A stretch of DNA of 64,000 nt. Origin: Gemmatimonadales bacterium. GTDB lineage: Bacteria; Gemmatimonadota; Gemmatimonadetes; Gemmatimonadales; GWC2-71-9. How positions within the stretch are numbered: the first letter of the stretch is position 1; every line of letters begins with the position of its first letter. The translations under genes and the position numbers were made by a program. Below the pieces are notes generated by a model. That model was not told the DNA's origin, did not search any database, and saw only the letters and a list, made by a program, of their open reading frames with translations. Below, piece by piece: positions 9,818 to 18,865 of the stretch. The DNA lies in NCBI GenBank assembly GCA_036397755.1, contig DASWII010000009.1:22233-86232 (forward strand), read 5' to 3'.

Positions 9818-10810
9818 GTGCGATTGCAGGTCACATCGGCGATCACCGAGCGCATCGATCGGTTCCTCGCCGAACAACTCGCGCTGTCGCGAACCGTCGT
9901 CGGCCGGCTGATCGCCGGCAACGCCGTCACGGTGAATGGGGAAGGGGCGCGGGCGTCGCGGCGGTTGAGCCGCGGTGATCTCATCCAGGTCGTGATCCCT
10001 GAAGCGCCGCCGCCCCGCACACTGGTTCCGTCACACCGGCCGCTGGACGTCGTGTTCGAAGACGAGCACCTACTGGTCGTGGACAAGCCTGCCGGCCTCG
10101 TGGTGCATCCCGCGCCCGGACACTGGGACGACACGTTGCTCAACGCGCTGGTGGGACGCGGGACCCGCCTGTCGCAGGCGGTTGGACGCCCGGGAATCCT
10201 CCATCGGCTCGATCGTGATACGTCGGGATTGATGATCGTGACCAAGACCGATGCGGCGCACCGTGCCCTGGCCCGGGATCTCGCGAGTCGAAGGGTGCTG
10301 CGGACGTACGCGGCGCTCGTGTGGGGGCATCTCGACGGTGCCGTCGAGGTCGATGCGTCCGTGGCCCGCCATCCGCGCGATCGCAAACGGATGGCGGTGC
10401 TCGCCACGGGACGGGCCGCCCGGACGCACTTCTCGGTGGTGGCGCGGTTCGAGTCCTGTGACCTGGTGCGTGCACGACTGGAGAGCGGTCGCACCCACCA
10501 GATTCGGGTGCACTGCGAGTACATCGGCCATCCCGTCGTGGGCGATCGGGTGTACGGCGGCGGTGGGGCCAAACGCATCTCGGGTCAGCCACGGGCGCAT
10601 GCGGACGCGCTGGACCGTGCGACCGCCCGGCAGGCATTGCACGCCGCCCGCCTCGGGTTCCAGCACCCCGCGTCCGGACACGCGATGCGCTTCGGGAGCG
10701 ACTGGCCGGTCGATCTGCGCCCTGCCCTCGCTCTTGCGGGGGACGATCCGACGTTGCTTGATCGTCACGAAGCCCTGGCGTACCTTGGCTTCGACACCGG
10801 AGAGAGCTGA
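9818..10810 (+). CDS. rluD: 23S rRNA pseudouridine synthase, RluA/RluD family
   Basis: S4-like N-terminus, catalytic motif 'HRLDRDTSGLMIV', and 'GRTHQIRVH'. Confidence 0.9.
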   Translation: MRLQVTSAITERIDRFLAEQLALSRTVVGRLIAGNAVTVNGEGARASRRLSRGDLIQVVIPEAPPPRTLVPSHRPLDVVFEDEHLLVVDKPAGLVVHPAPGHWDDTLLNALVGRGTRLSQAVGRPGILHRLDRDTSGLMIVTKTDAAHRALARDLASRRVLRTYAALVWGHLDGAVEVDASVARHPRDRKRMAVLATGRAARTHFSVVARFESCDLVRARLESGRTHQIRVHCEYIGHPVVGDRVYGGGGAKRISGQPRAHADALDRATARQALHAARLGFQHPASGHAMRFGSDWPVDLRPALALAGDDPTLLDRHEALAYLGFDTGES

Positions 10811-10920
10811 TCGGGTGATGACGCCGGCACCCTGACGCCGATCAGGTCCGCCGCGGTGGTAACATCCTCCGCGAACCCCTCACATCCGTTGAGCCACCAC
10901 GTGCCCTTGGAGTTGGCGGG

Positions 10921-13578
10921 ATGACCAGATCGAGCATTGCGCAGCGTGACCGTGCGGCGCTCGAGGCCCTGGAACGGCGGCTCGATGGCCACGACGCCGG
11001 TGCCATGAACAACGTGGGAGTGGTCTACTTCCAGCATGGCCTGCTTGAAGATGCGGTGCGGTGCTTCTCCGGGGCGTGCCAGGCCGACCCGACCATGGCC
11101 GTGGCCCAGGCCAACCTCGAACGCGCCAGCCGCGAAAGCGGCATCTACGATCGTCGAGTGGCGGGACTCCGGCAGCGGCTCGCGGCGGCGCCCGACGATC
11201 TGGAGGCGCGCTGGGCGCTGGCGACCGTCTACCGCGCGCTGGGGCAGCACGGCGCCGCGCGCAGCGAATTCGCCGAGCTGGTCAGCGCTGCGCCCGACCA
11301 CGTCGAGGCCCTGCTGGCGCTCGCGCTGTGCGAGCGTCAACTGGGGGATATGGACGCCTCGGTGCGATGGCTGCGCCAGGCGGAGCAGACCGCCCCCGAG
11401 CGGGCCGACCTCGCTCTCTACCTCGGGCAGGCGCTGTACCTCCAGGGCAGGAGCGACGCAGCGGCCGACCTCTTGGGTGCGGCGGCCGTTCGCTATCCCG
11501 AGCACTCGGATCTCCAATACCACCTCGGCGTCGTGCTTGGGGATCTGGGCCGCCACCAGGAGGCGCGGGAAGCGACCCACCGTGCCATCGAACTCAACCC
11601 GGCGCTCGGTCGCGCTGATCAGGTCGTGTCGCTCAGCAGTTTTCCCTTGATCCCCGTGAGTGCGCATACCGCTGCCGCGGGGGACGAGTCGAACCTTCAA
11701 CACTACGGTCTGGCGCGCTCCTTCCGCCATCAGGGGCTGTTGGCGGAGGCCCTGCGCGAGTACCGCCTGGCGCTCGATCGCGGCGAGGATCGGCTTCGGG
11801 TGATGCGCGGGATGGCCGAGACGCTGCTGCTGCGACGGGAACCGGCGGCGGCGCTCGAGCTGTACGATCCGCTGATGCGGGAGCAGCCGACGGCACAGGT
11901 GGCGAACGAACGCGGCGTCGCCCTGCATCAGCTGGGACGGTTGGAAGAAGCGCTCGAGGCATTTCACGACGCGCTGACGCGTGCCGCCGACGACGCGCTC
12001 GCGCGGAACAACCTCGCGATCACACTGGCCCAACTCGGGCGACACGAGGAAGCCGCCGGGCAGTTGGCGGAAGCGGTGCGCTGTCGACCACAGCTGGTTG
12101 TGCCGCGGGTGAATCTGGGCTTGCTGCTCCACAGCATGGGACGGGAACGACACGCGCTGCAGGCGTTCCGCCAGGTCGTGGAGGTCGCGCCGCAAACCGC
12201 TGCAGCATGGAATGGCATTGGACTGGTGCTGGTCGGGGCCGACCGTGTCGCCGACGCCCGCAACGCGTTCGTTCGGGCCGTCGAGGCGGATGCGGGATCT
12301 GCGGAGGCGCATTACAACTTGAGCTTCGCCCTGTCGCACCTCGGAGACTTCGATGGCGCGCTCCGCGCGGTGACCCGCGCGCAGACGCTGGACCCGTACT
12401 TCGTCCCACAGAAGTTCCGCTTCATCATTGCGGCGCAGCTCGAGGAGCAAGGCGTGGGCTTGCCCGAGATCTCGGCGGACGTGCCGGCGGACGTCGGCGC
12501 ACAAGGCCTCGTGCTGGACACCCGACAGTTCGAGGAACTGTTCGGCGCCCTCGAGCGGGAGGCGACCGTCAGCGCCGCTCCGGCGGAGGATCTCCTGACG
12601 CTCGCGCGCGACTATCGCGCACGCGGCATGCACGACCTTGCGGTCGCCGAGGTCGGTCGAGCCGTCGCGCGCGGCGCGGACCGTGTGGAAGCCGCTGTCC
12701 TGGTGGGAGAGATCTTCGAGGAACGGGGACTGCATGGCGAGGCGCTGGAGCGGTTCGAGAGCGCACTTGCGATCGATCCGGCACGACGGGAGGCCCAGCT
12801 TGGCGAACTTCGGGCAATCCTCGCCCTCGGTCGGCCACGCGACGGGGTGGCGCGCGCTCGGGCGGTGGCGCTGGAGCGCCCGAGTGACGTCGAGGCGCTC
12901 GGCACACTCGCCAGGTTCGAGTACGCCACGGGAGATCCCATCGTGGCGCTGGCCGTGCTGCAGCGCGCGCGCGCGCGCGCGCCGCAGCGTGCCGACCTCC
13001 TGCGGCTCGAAGGCGACATCGCGCTGGCGCTCGCGAAGCCGCAAATGGCGCGGGAAGCGTTTGAGCAGGCGCTCGAGTTCGAGCCCGATGATATCGAGAC
13101 CCGTGTGGCGCTCGGGGGCGCGTATCAGGCGCTCGATGAGGACGAACGGGCGGCCGCCTCGTATGAACAGGTGCTGGCGACCGCGCCCGGAGCAGAGCCC
13201 GCGGCCATCGCCTTGGCCGAAGTGTATCAGCGGGCGGGAGACGGTCCGCGCGCGGTCAACGTGCTCGTCGATCTCCTGTTGATCGATCCCACCGCACTCG
13301 GGGCGCTCACCCGGCTCGCGTACGCCCTGTTCGAGGTTGGGAGGGTTGCTCCGGCGGCCCAGGCCCTGGAGCGCGTGCTGGCACGTGATCCCGACAATGT
13401 GGACGCGCTGTGGTTGCAGGCACGGCTTTGGGCGCGCGCGCGGCGGTTCGACGATGCGGTGCAGTGTTGGGAGCGGGTCGTGGCCTTGGTGCCTGGTACC
13501 GAGCAGGCACGCCGCGCTCGACAGCACATCCGTACCGCGGGCGACCTCCGGCAAATCCTCACCACTGAGGCGGCGTAG
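10921..13578 (+). CDS. large cytoplasmic multi-TPR scaffold protein (first gene of the MglA locus)
   Basis: 885 aa of repeated A/L/G-rich TPR-like helical pairs (e.g. 'AEAHYNLSFALSHLGDFDGALRAVTRAQTLDP'). No signal peptide. GGAG lies 9 nt upstream of the ATG. Confidence 0.8.
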   Translation: MTRSSIAQRDRAALEALERRLDGHDAGAMNNVGVVYFQHGLLEDAVRCFSGACQADPTMAVAQANLERASRESGIYDRRVAGLRQRLAAAPDDLEARWALATVYRALGQHGAARSEFAELVSAAPDHVEALLALALCERQLGDMDASVRWLRQAEQTAPERADLALYLGQALYLQGRSDAAADLLGAAAVRYPEHSDLQYHLGVVLGDLGRHQEAREATHRAIELNPALGRADQVVSLSSFPLIPVSAHTAAAGDESNLQHYGLARSFRHQGLLAEALREYRLALDRGEDRLRVMRGMAETLLLRREPAAALELYDPLMREQPTAQVANERGVALHQLGRLEEALEAFHDALTRAADDALARNNLAITLAQLGRHEEAAGQLAEAVRCRPQLVVPRVNLGLLLHSMGRERHALQAFRQVVEVAPQTAAAWNGIGLVLVGADRVADARNAFVRAVEADAGSAEAHYNLSFALSHLGDFDGALRAVTRAQTLDPYFVPQKFRFIIAAQLEEQGVGLPEISADVPADVGAQGLVLDTRQFEELFGALEREATVSAAPAEDLLTLARDYRARGMHDLAVAEVGRAVARGADRVEAAVLVGEIFEERGLHGEALERFESALAIDPARREAQLGELRAILALGRPRDGVARARAVALERPSDVEALGTLARFEYATGDPIVALAVLQRARARAPQRADLLRLEGDIALALAKPQMAREAFEQALEFEPDDIETRVALGGAYQALDEDERAAASYEQVLATAPGAEPAAIALAEVYQRAGDGPRAVNVLVDLLLIDPTALGALTRLAYALFEVGRVAPAAQALERVLARDPDNVDALWLQARLWARARRFDDAVQCWERVVALVPGTEQARRARQHIRTAGDLRQILTTEAA

Positions 13579-14721
13579 ATGGCGATCGAGGGCCCCCTAC
13601 GCGAACTCGGCATCCACGATGTCTTTCAGCTCCTCGATCTGAGCCGGAAGACCGGTGTGCTCACGGTGGCATCCGGGCTGCGGCGCAATCGTGGGCAGGT
13701 GTATTTCGAAGATGGGGCGATCATCTACGCCAGCATTCAGACGAACCCGCATCCGCTGGGTAGTCTGCTGGTGCGGACGGGCCGGTTGTCAGCCGCTGAT
13801 GTCAGGCGGGCCCGGGACATGCAGCGCGCGGGCGACGGCCGCCGGCTCGGTGAGATCCTCGTCGCGATCGGTGCGGTTTCGCCCGGCGAGCTGGAGCGTC
13901 AGGTCCGCTCCCAGGTTGAGGAAGTCGTGTTCGAGGTGATGAGTTGGGATGAAGGGCACTTCTCGTTCGTCGAGGGCCCACTCGAGGACGTCGGTGCCGA
14001 TGCGACGACGGTGCGCGTCCCCACGAGCTCGCTGCTCCTCGAGGGGGCGAGGCGCATTGATGAATGGTCGCGGATCGAGAAGACCATTCCGCACGTCGGG
14101 GTAATCCCGGTACTGGCGGTCCCGAACGGAGATGGAGGGTTGGTGGAGTTGCAGTCGACGGATTGGAAGGTCCTGGCGTTGACCGACGGGGTGCGGTCGA
14201 TTCGGACGATCGCGCAGCAACTTGGAACGTCCGAATTCGATGTGGCGAAGACGGTATTCGGGTTGCACGCGGCCGGCCTGGTCGGTCTGCAGTTGCGCCC
14301 GAGCGACGCGGAGGAGGGGGCGGGTGAGGGCAACGAGGTACAGGATCTCTTGGCGGACGCGGCAAAGGCGCTGCAAGAGGGGGACGAGGATCGGGCGTGG
14401 CGTCGGGTCGAGGCCGCCCGGCGGCACACGGCCGAGTCGCCGGAGGTCGATGTGTTTCTGGGCGAACTTGAGCTGCGTCGTGGACGGCCGGCGACTGCCG
14501 AGGAAGCCCTACGCCGCGCGCTGCGGTACGATCCCATGCTCACGACCGCGCACCGGCTGCTCGGCGAGGCGGTCGCGAGGCAGGGACGCATCGGGGAGGC
14601 GGTCGACTGGTGGCAGCGCTGGTTATCCGTGAACGAGGAGCTCGTCGAGCCCGAGGACAGCAAGGTCGTGCGGGAGGCTATTCGGGCGGCCCTCACGCTC
14701 CAGAGTTTCCTGTATGAGTAG
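13579..14721 (+). CDS. DUF4388/PATAN-like domain protein with C-terminal TPRs
   Basis: N-terminus 'GPLRELGIHDVFQLLDLSRKTGVLTV...GQVYFEDGAIIYA...LGSLLV..G..S...LGEILV' fits the DUF4388 pattern, with a TPR tail. The ATG directly abuts the upstream TAG. Paralogue of 18865-20481. Confidence 0.72.
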   Translation: MAIEGPLRELGIHDVFQLLDLSRKTGVLTVASGLRRNRGQVYFEDGAIIYASIQTNPHPLGSLLVRTGRLSAADVRRARDMQRAGDGRRLGEILVAIGAVSPGELERQVRSQVEEVVFEVMSWDEGHFSFVEGPLEDVGADATTVRVPTSSLLLEGARRIDEWSRIEKTIPHVGVIPVLAVPNGDGGLVELQSTDWKVLALTDGVRSIRTIAQQLGTSEFDVAKTVFGLHAAGLVGLQLRPSDAEEGAGEGNEVQDLLADAAKALQEGDEDRAWRRVEAARRHTAESPEVDVFLGELELRRGRPATAEEALRRALRYDPMLTTAHRLLGEAVARQGRIGEAVDWWQRWLSVNEELVEPEDSKVVREAIRAALTLQSFLYE

Positions 14722-14724
14722 CCG

Positions 14725-15486
14725 ATGACGGAACGACGGCCGCGAGCACCGTGGGATCCGCACAGCCTTGATGCAGCAGAACGGCTGCGACGTCAGGGCG
14801 ACCTCGAGGCCGCCGCGCGGGTGGCCATTGATCGGCTGGAGCACGCACCCGGCGACGCCGCGGCCCACGACTTGTATGCCCGCGTGCTCGCGGACATGGG
14901 CAATCTGCCCGGGGCTGAATCCGAGTGGCAGGAGGTCCTCGGTCAACTTCCGCGGCACGCCGGTGCGCACAAGGGGCTGGGTTTCATTCGCTTCCGCGAG
15001 GGCCGGTTGGACGACGCGCTGGACCACTTGGAGATCGCGCTGGCGAGCGCTCCCGGCGATCCGGCCGTGGTGCAAGCGATGCGGACGGTGCGCGCGGCCT
15101 TACAACGCGAGGCGTCGCCGCCCCGCGATCGAGTATTCGAGGGACTCGAAGGGGCCGGGCGGGGGTTGTTGTTGGTGGATGCGCGCGGAGGCGTCTTGGG
15201 TGGGGCGGTGCGGGATGCGGACGGGTTTGACCGATCGGAACTCGTCGGCGGGTACGCCGCGGATCTCGTGCATGAGGCCCGCCGCACGACGGCGATGTTG
15301 CACCTCGGGTCGTGGGAGTGGGTGGTGGTCGAGGGAAGCGAGGGGAGCACGTACCTCGCCGCGCCGACCGACGAGGCCGTGTTGTGTATTCTGCGCGATC
15401 GTGGCGTGCCGGCCGCACGCCTCACGTTGCTGGCTGAACCGGCACTCGCCGCGGCGCGCGAGTGGCTCCACGAGCAGACCCTGTGA
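14725..15486 (+). CDS. TPR-Roadblock/LC7 fusion protein
   Basis: The N-terminal ~125 aa are TPR-like ('HKGLGFIRFREGRLDDALDHLEIALASAP'). The C-terminal ~110 aa resemble Roadblock ('RGLLLVDARGGVLGGAV...WEWVVVEGSEGSTYLA'). Confidence 0.65.
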   Translation: MTERRPRAPWDPHSLDAAERLRRQGDLEAAARVAIDRLEHAPGDAAAHDLYARVLADMGNLPGAESEWQEVLGQLPRHAGAHKGLGFIRFREGRLDDALDHLEIALASAPGDPAVVQAMRTVRAALQREASPPRDRVFEGLEGAGRGLLLVDARGGVLGGAVRDADGFDRSELVGGYAADLVHEARRTTAMLHLGSWEWVVVEGSEGSTYLAAPTDEAVLCILRDRGVPAARLTLLAEPALAAAREWLHEQTL

Positions 15487-15833
15487 GCGCGCACGTCCGC
15501 CGAGCGCTCGAGGAGATCACGCGCATTCGTGGGGTTCGCGGCGCCGTGCTCGCCGATCGAACCGAGGGCATCGTCGTGGCGGAGTCGGCGATGCTGGGGG
15601 TACGGCGTGAAGCCATCGCTGCCCTGGGCGCGAGCTTGGTGCGCCGCTGCGGGGTACTCTTGGAAGGCGGCGGGCTGGGCGTACCGAGACACGTGCTGCT
15701 CCAGGGACGGGAGGGAACCCTCGTGGCGGTGCCCGTCACCGACGAGTTGCTCCTCCTGGCCGTTGGGGATGCGGCGGTGAACGTGGGCCTTGTCCGTGCC
15801 GAGCTGCAGCGGGTCGCGCGGGAACTCCGATGA
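15483..15833 (+). CDS. Roadblock/LC7-domain protein (MglC-like size)
   Basis: 'ITRIRGVRGAVLADRTEGIVVAES....AALGASL...LLQGREGTLVAVPVTDELLLLAVG' fits the Roadblock pattern. The GTG overlaps the upstream stop (GTGA). The ORF track offers ATG 15462 as an alternative start. Confidence 0.72.
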   Translation: MSAHVRRALEEITRIRGVRGAVLADRTEGIVVAESAMLGVRREAIAALGASLVRRCGVLLEGGGLGVPRHVLLQGREGTLVAVPVTDELLLLAVGDAAVNVGLVRAELQRVARELR

Positions 15834-16300
15834 GAAACACGCGCGCGGTGGAGGCGTGGACGATCGGTCCGCTCGAGCATTTCGTCGGGCAAGCCGGAGC
15901 ACGCTTGGTGCTGATCATGACGCCGGCCGGTCAGGTGATGGCGCAGTACGGCTTCGCGCGCGCCGTCGATGTCATGACGGCGGCGGCGCTTGGCGCCGGC
16001 ATTGTGGCGTCGAGCAGCGAGATCGCCTCTATGCTCGGGCAGCCGCCGTTCGCTGCGCTCGGTCACCGTGGCACCCATCACGGGATCGTGCTGTCGTCCT
16101 TCGATTCCCCGCGCGGTCGCTTGCTCGTGCTGGTAGTTTACGGGGTGGAGACGTCTCTCGGACTCGTGCAGCTGTTCCTCGGGACGCTCGTGGACGATCT
16201 GGCCGCGGCCTGTCCGGTTCCCGAGTCGCGCGGCCCGGTCCTGGCCGTGAACTTCGAGAACGAACTCAACCGCAGCCTCGACGCTCTGTTCGGACAGTAA
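15830..16300 (+). CDS. mglB: MglB-like Roadblock/LC7 protein (GTPase-activating partner of MglA)
   Basis: 156 aa. '[27 protein letters not shown]' and the C-terminal 'LDALFGQ' resemble Myxococcus MglB as I recall it ('VVLVVIFDNRTSLGLVRLRIK', 'IDNLFSE'). Sits directly upstream of mglA. ATGA overlap. Confidence 0.78.
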   Translation: MRNTRAVEAWTIGPLEHFVGQAGARLVLIMTPAGQVMAQYGFARAVDVMTAAALGAGIVASSSEIASMLGQPPFAALGHRGTHHGIVLSSFDSPRGRLLVLVVYGVETSLGLVQLFLGTLVDDLAAACPVPESRGPVLAVNFENELNRSLDALFGQ

Positions 16301-16301
16301 C

Positions 16302-16901
16302 GTGCCGCTCATCAACTTCACCACCCGAGAGATTACCTGCAAGATCGTCTACTACGGGCCTGGCCGGTCGGGAAAGACAACCAACCTGCAGTACATCTTC
16401 GACCGCGTGCCGGAAGGCCGCCGTGGGCGGATGGTGTCGCTGGCCACGCGCGCGGACCGCACGCTTTTCTTCGATTTTCTGCCGCTTGACCTCGGACAGA
16501 TCTCGGGATTCGCCACGCGGTTTCAGCTGTACACGGTTCCTGGGCAGGTGTACTACGACGCGACGCGCCGACTGGTGCTGCAGGGAGCGGACGGCGTCGT
16601 GTTCGTGGCGGACAGCCAGGCCCGCCAGCTCGATGAGAACATCGAAAGTCTGCAGAACCTCCAGGCCAATCTCCTCGGTCAAGGCGTCGATGTCCGCGGG
16701 CTCCCGATGGTCATCCAATACAACAAGCAGGACCTCCCGCCCGACCTCGTGCTCGCGCCCGCCGAGTTGGATCGTGCCCTCAACTTCCGCGGGGTGCCGA
16801 CGGTATCCGCCGACGCGCTGGTGGGACGCGGGGTGTTCGAGACGCTGAAGGCGGTGTCCGGTCTCGTACTCAAGCGGCTGAGCGAGGATTCCACGGCGTG
16901 A
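16302..16901 (+). CDS. mglA: MglA-family Ras-like small GTPase
   Basis: '[32 protein letters not shown]', '[10 protein letters not shown]', '[11 protein letters not shown]' and 'YNKQDLP' are near-identical in pattern to M. xanthus MglA (P-loop, intrinsic Arg, switch-2 Gln, NKxD). Confidence 0.93.
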   Translation: MPLINFTTREITCKIVYYGPGRSGKTTNLQYIFDRVPEGRRGRMVSLATRADRTLFFDFLPLDLGQISGFATRFQLYTVPGQVYYDATRRLVLQGADGVVFVADSQARQLDENIESLQNLQANLLGQGVDVRGLPMVIQYNKQDLPPDLVLAPAELDRALNFRGVPTVSADALVGRGVFETLKAVSGLVLKRLSEDSTA

Positions 16902-18865
16902 CCGCCGAGATCAACCCGCGGTGTACGTTCGACACCTTCGTCGAAGGTTCGGAGAACCAGATGGCGTGTTCCGCGGCGCGCGCGGCGGCCGGCGCGCTCG
17001 GTGCGCGGTACAACCCGCTCTGCATCATCGGCGCCAGCGGACTCGGCAAGACGCACCTCCTCATGGCGGTCGGGCACGAGGTCAAGGCGGTCCAGCCAGA
17101 CGTCAGCATGATTTACTGTTCGGCGGAGGAGTTCGCGAAGGAGTTTCACGCGGCGGTCGCTGCCGGTGAGGGGCCGAGTTTTCGCGCTCGGTACGAGGCG
17201 CTGGATCTGTTGTTGCTGGACGACGCGCAGGCGCTCACGTTTCAACCCGAGATCCAAAGCGAACTGCTGCGGTTGCTCGATCGGCTGCTGCAAGATGGGC
17301 GGCAGATGATGCTCAGTTGCGATCTCTCCCCCTCCGAGTTCGAGGCCTTGGACGAGCAGTTGGCTCAGCGATTGGCTGGAGGCTTGGTGGTGGAGGTGAC
17401 GCTCCCGGACTACGAGACGCGGCTCGCCATTCTGCGCCGCCGGGCGGCGGATCGATCGACGCAGTTCGGAGAGGGGATTCTGGAAGAGGCCGCTCGGGGG
17501 GAGTACCGCAACGTTCGCGAGCTGCTCGCGGCGCTGCATCGCCTCGCCGCCCTGCAGGCGATGCAGGGCACGCCGCTCACGCTCTCGGAAGCCCGCCTTG
17601 GTGTGTCGAGCGAGGCGGTGCGGATGGGTGGGAGGGTCGCCCAGGCACCAGCCAGGGGTGTCGCGGTCGCGACGCCGGCCGACGCGAACGAGTTCTCGAC
17701 GTTTCTGGCGGACGTGAGTCACGCCGTGGAGGAGCAGGTCGATCACTGGCGTGAGGCCGTGGCGCGGGCCGTGATGGTGTGGGAACCCGAGGGGTATCGC
17801 ACCGCACGGCTCGAGCAGGCCCTTGAAGGGAACCTCCTCGGTCCGGTCGAACGTATTGTCGCGCGGTTCGAGGCCGACGTCCGGCGCCTGCGGCGATTGC
17901 AGGAGGCGGTCGGTGAGGTCGCCCCGGAGCGCGCCAGCGATCCGGTGTTTTTCGACCCGGACCGCACGGCCGAGGCCGAACTCCTTCTCAAGGACGTGAT
18001 GGCCGCCGTGCGTCCCCTCCCGGTGCCTTCCGACCGGTGGGGTGAGGGGAGCTTCATCGAGACGGACTGCAGTCGCGCGGCGGTGTCGGCCGTCGCGACG
18101 GTTGCCGGCGAGCCCGGCAGACGCTACAACCCGCTGGTCTTGGTGGGATCACCCGGGGTGGGGAAGTCGCACTTGCTGCATGTCGCGGCTCACCGGTTGA
18201 GTAACCAGGGCGTGACGGTTGCGTGTTTGTCGGCCCACCACTTTGTGGACGAACTCACGGAAGCCCTGATGCGCGAAACGGAGGACCGCTTTCGCGCCTG
18301 GCTCGGCCGGGCCGGGGCGCTCCTCCTGGACGATCTCCAGCTGGTTGGCCAGCGCGCCGCGGCGGCAGACGAACTGGTGTATCTCATCGACCGGTTCTTG
18401 GCAGGTGAACGGCAGCTCGTCTTTGCGTTGAGCGGTGAGCGTCACGCGATCGAGGGCCTCGATCCGCGCATCGTGTCCCGTCTCGAGGGCGGACTCACCG
18501 TGGCGATCGATCGCCCCGATCGCGAGCTGCGGCGCCAGCTCACGATCGCGAAGCTGGAGGAGCACTACGGTGCGGCCGAACTCGAGCTGGTCGATTACCT
18601 GGCCGCGCAGCCCGCGCAGTCGGCGCGGTCCGTGATCGGGCTCGTTCAGCGAATCCTGAATGCGGCCGAAGCCCGGGGCGAACCCCCCAGCGGCGGGTTG
18701 GCGCGCGACCTGCTCGAGGGCGTGCGGCCGGCGGCGTCCCGCCGATCGGTGCGCGTACGCACGAGCGGAGTGGCCGGGCCGGCCACGGCACCCACGAGTC
18801 GCGAGAAGACGGTGTGGGCCTGGCCCGATCTGCTCGATCGGATCGTCGATGAGGAGGCGGGCTAA
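16898..18865 (+). CDS. tandem DnaA-type (domain III) AAA+ ATPase lacking DnaA domains I and IV
   Basis: Module 1 has '[15 protein letters not shown]...[18 protein letters not shown]', Walker B 'LLLLDDAQ', '[23 protein letters not shown]' and 'NVRELLAAL'. Module 2 has '[18 protein letters not shown]', 'LLLDDLQ', '[19 protein letters not shown]' and '[13 protein letters not shown]'. No C-terminal HTH is visible. The GTG overlaps the mglA stop. Confidence 0.75.
   Translation: MTAEINPRCTFDTFVEGSENQMACSAARAAAGALGARYNPLCIIGASGLGKTHLLMAVGHEVKAVQPDVSMIYCSAEEFAKEFHAAVAAGEGPSFRARYEALDLLLLDDAQALTFQPEIQSELLRLLDRLLQDGRQMMLSCDLSPSEFEALDEQLAQRLAGGLVVEVTLPDYETRLAILRRRAADRSTQFGEGILEEAARGEYRNVRELLAALHRLAALQAMQGTPLTLSEARLGVSSEAVRMGGRVAQAPARGVAVATPADANEFSTFLADVSHAVEEQVDHWREAVARAVMVWEPEGYRTARLEQALEGNLLGPVERIVARFEADVRRLRRLQEAVGEVAPERASDPVFFDPDRTAEAELLLKDVMAAVRPLPVPSDRWGEGSFIETDCSRAAVSAVATVAGEPGRRYNPLVLVGSPGVGKSHLLHVAAHRLSNQGVTVACLSAHHFVDELTEALMRETEDRFRAWLGRAGALLLDDLQLVGQRAAAADELVYLIDRFLAGERQLVFALSGERHAIEGLDPRIVSRLEGGLTVAIDRPDRELRRQLTIAKLEEHYGAAELELVDYLAAQPAQSARSVIGLVQRILNAAEARGEPPSGGLARDLLEGVRPAASRRSVRVRTSGVAGPATAPTSREKTVWAWPDLLDRIVDEEAG

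Noticed and set aside
12955-12985. Alternating (GC)n run (CAGCGCGCGCGCGCGCGCGCGCCGCAG), a potential Z-DNA or slippage tract
   Set aside because: It lies inside the TPR gene and simply encodes 'QRARARAPQ' in an Ala/Arg-rich protein. I found no second copy and no positional link to a regulatory site.
10765-13554. 929-aa minus-strand ORF antisense to the 885-aa TPR gene
   Set aside because: This is the same shadow-ORF artefact. The + strand frame has coherent TPR periodicity and an SD-preceded ATG; the minus frame does not.
16898-18865. Possibility that the DnaA-like gene marks the chromosomal replication origin (dnaA/oriC)
   Set aside because: There is no DnaA domain IV or domain I, no dnaN/recF/gyrB neighbours, no AT-rich unwinding element, and no cluster of TTATCCACA-like boxes nearby. 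The only near-match I noticed is a single TCATCCACA at about 53987, inside mtaB.
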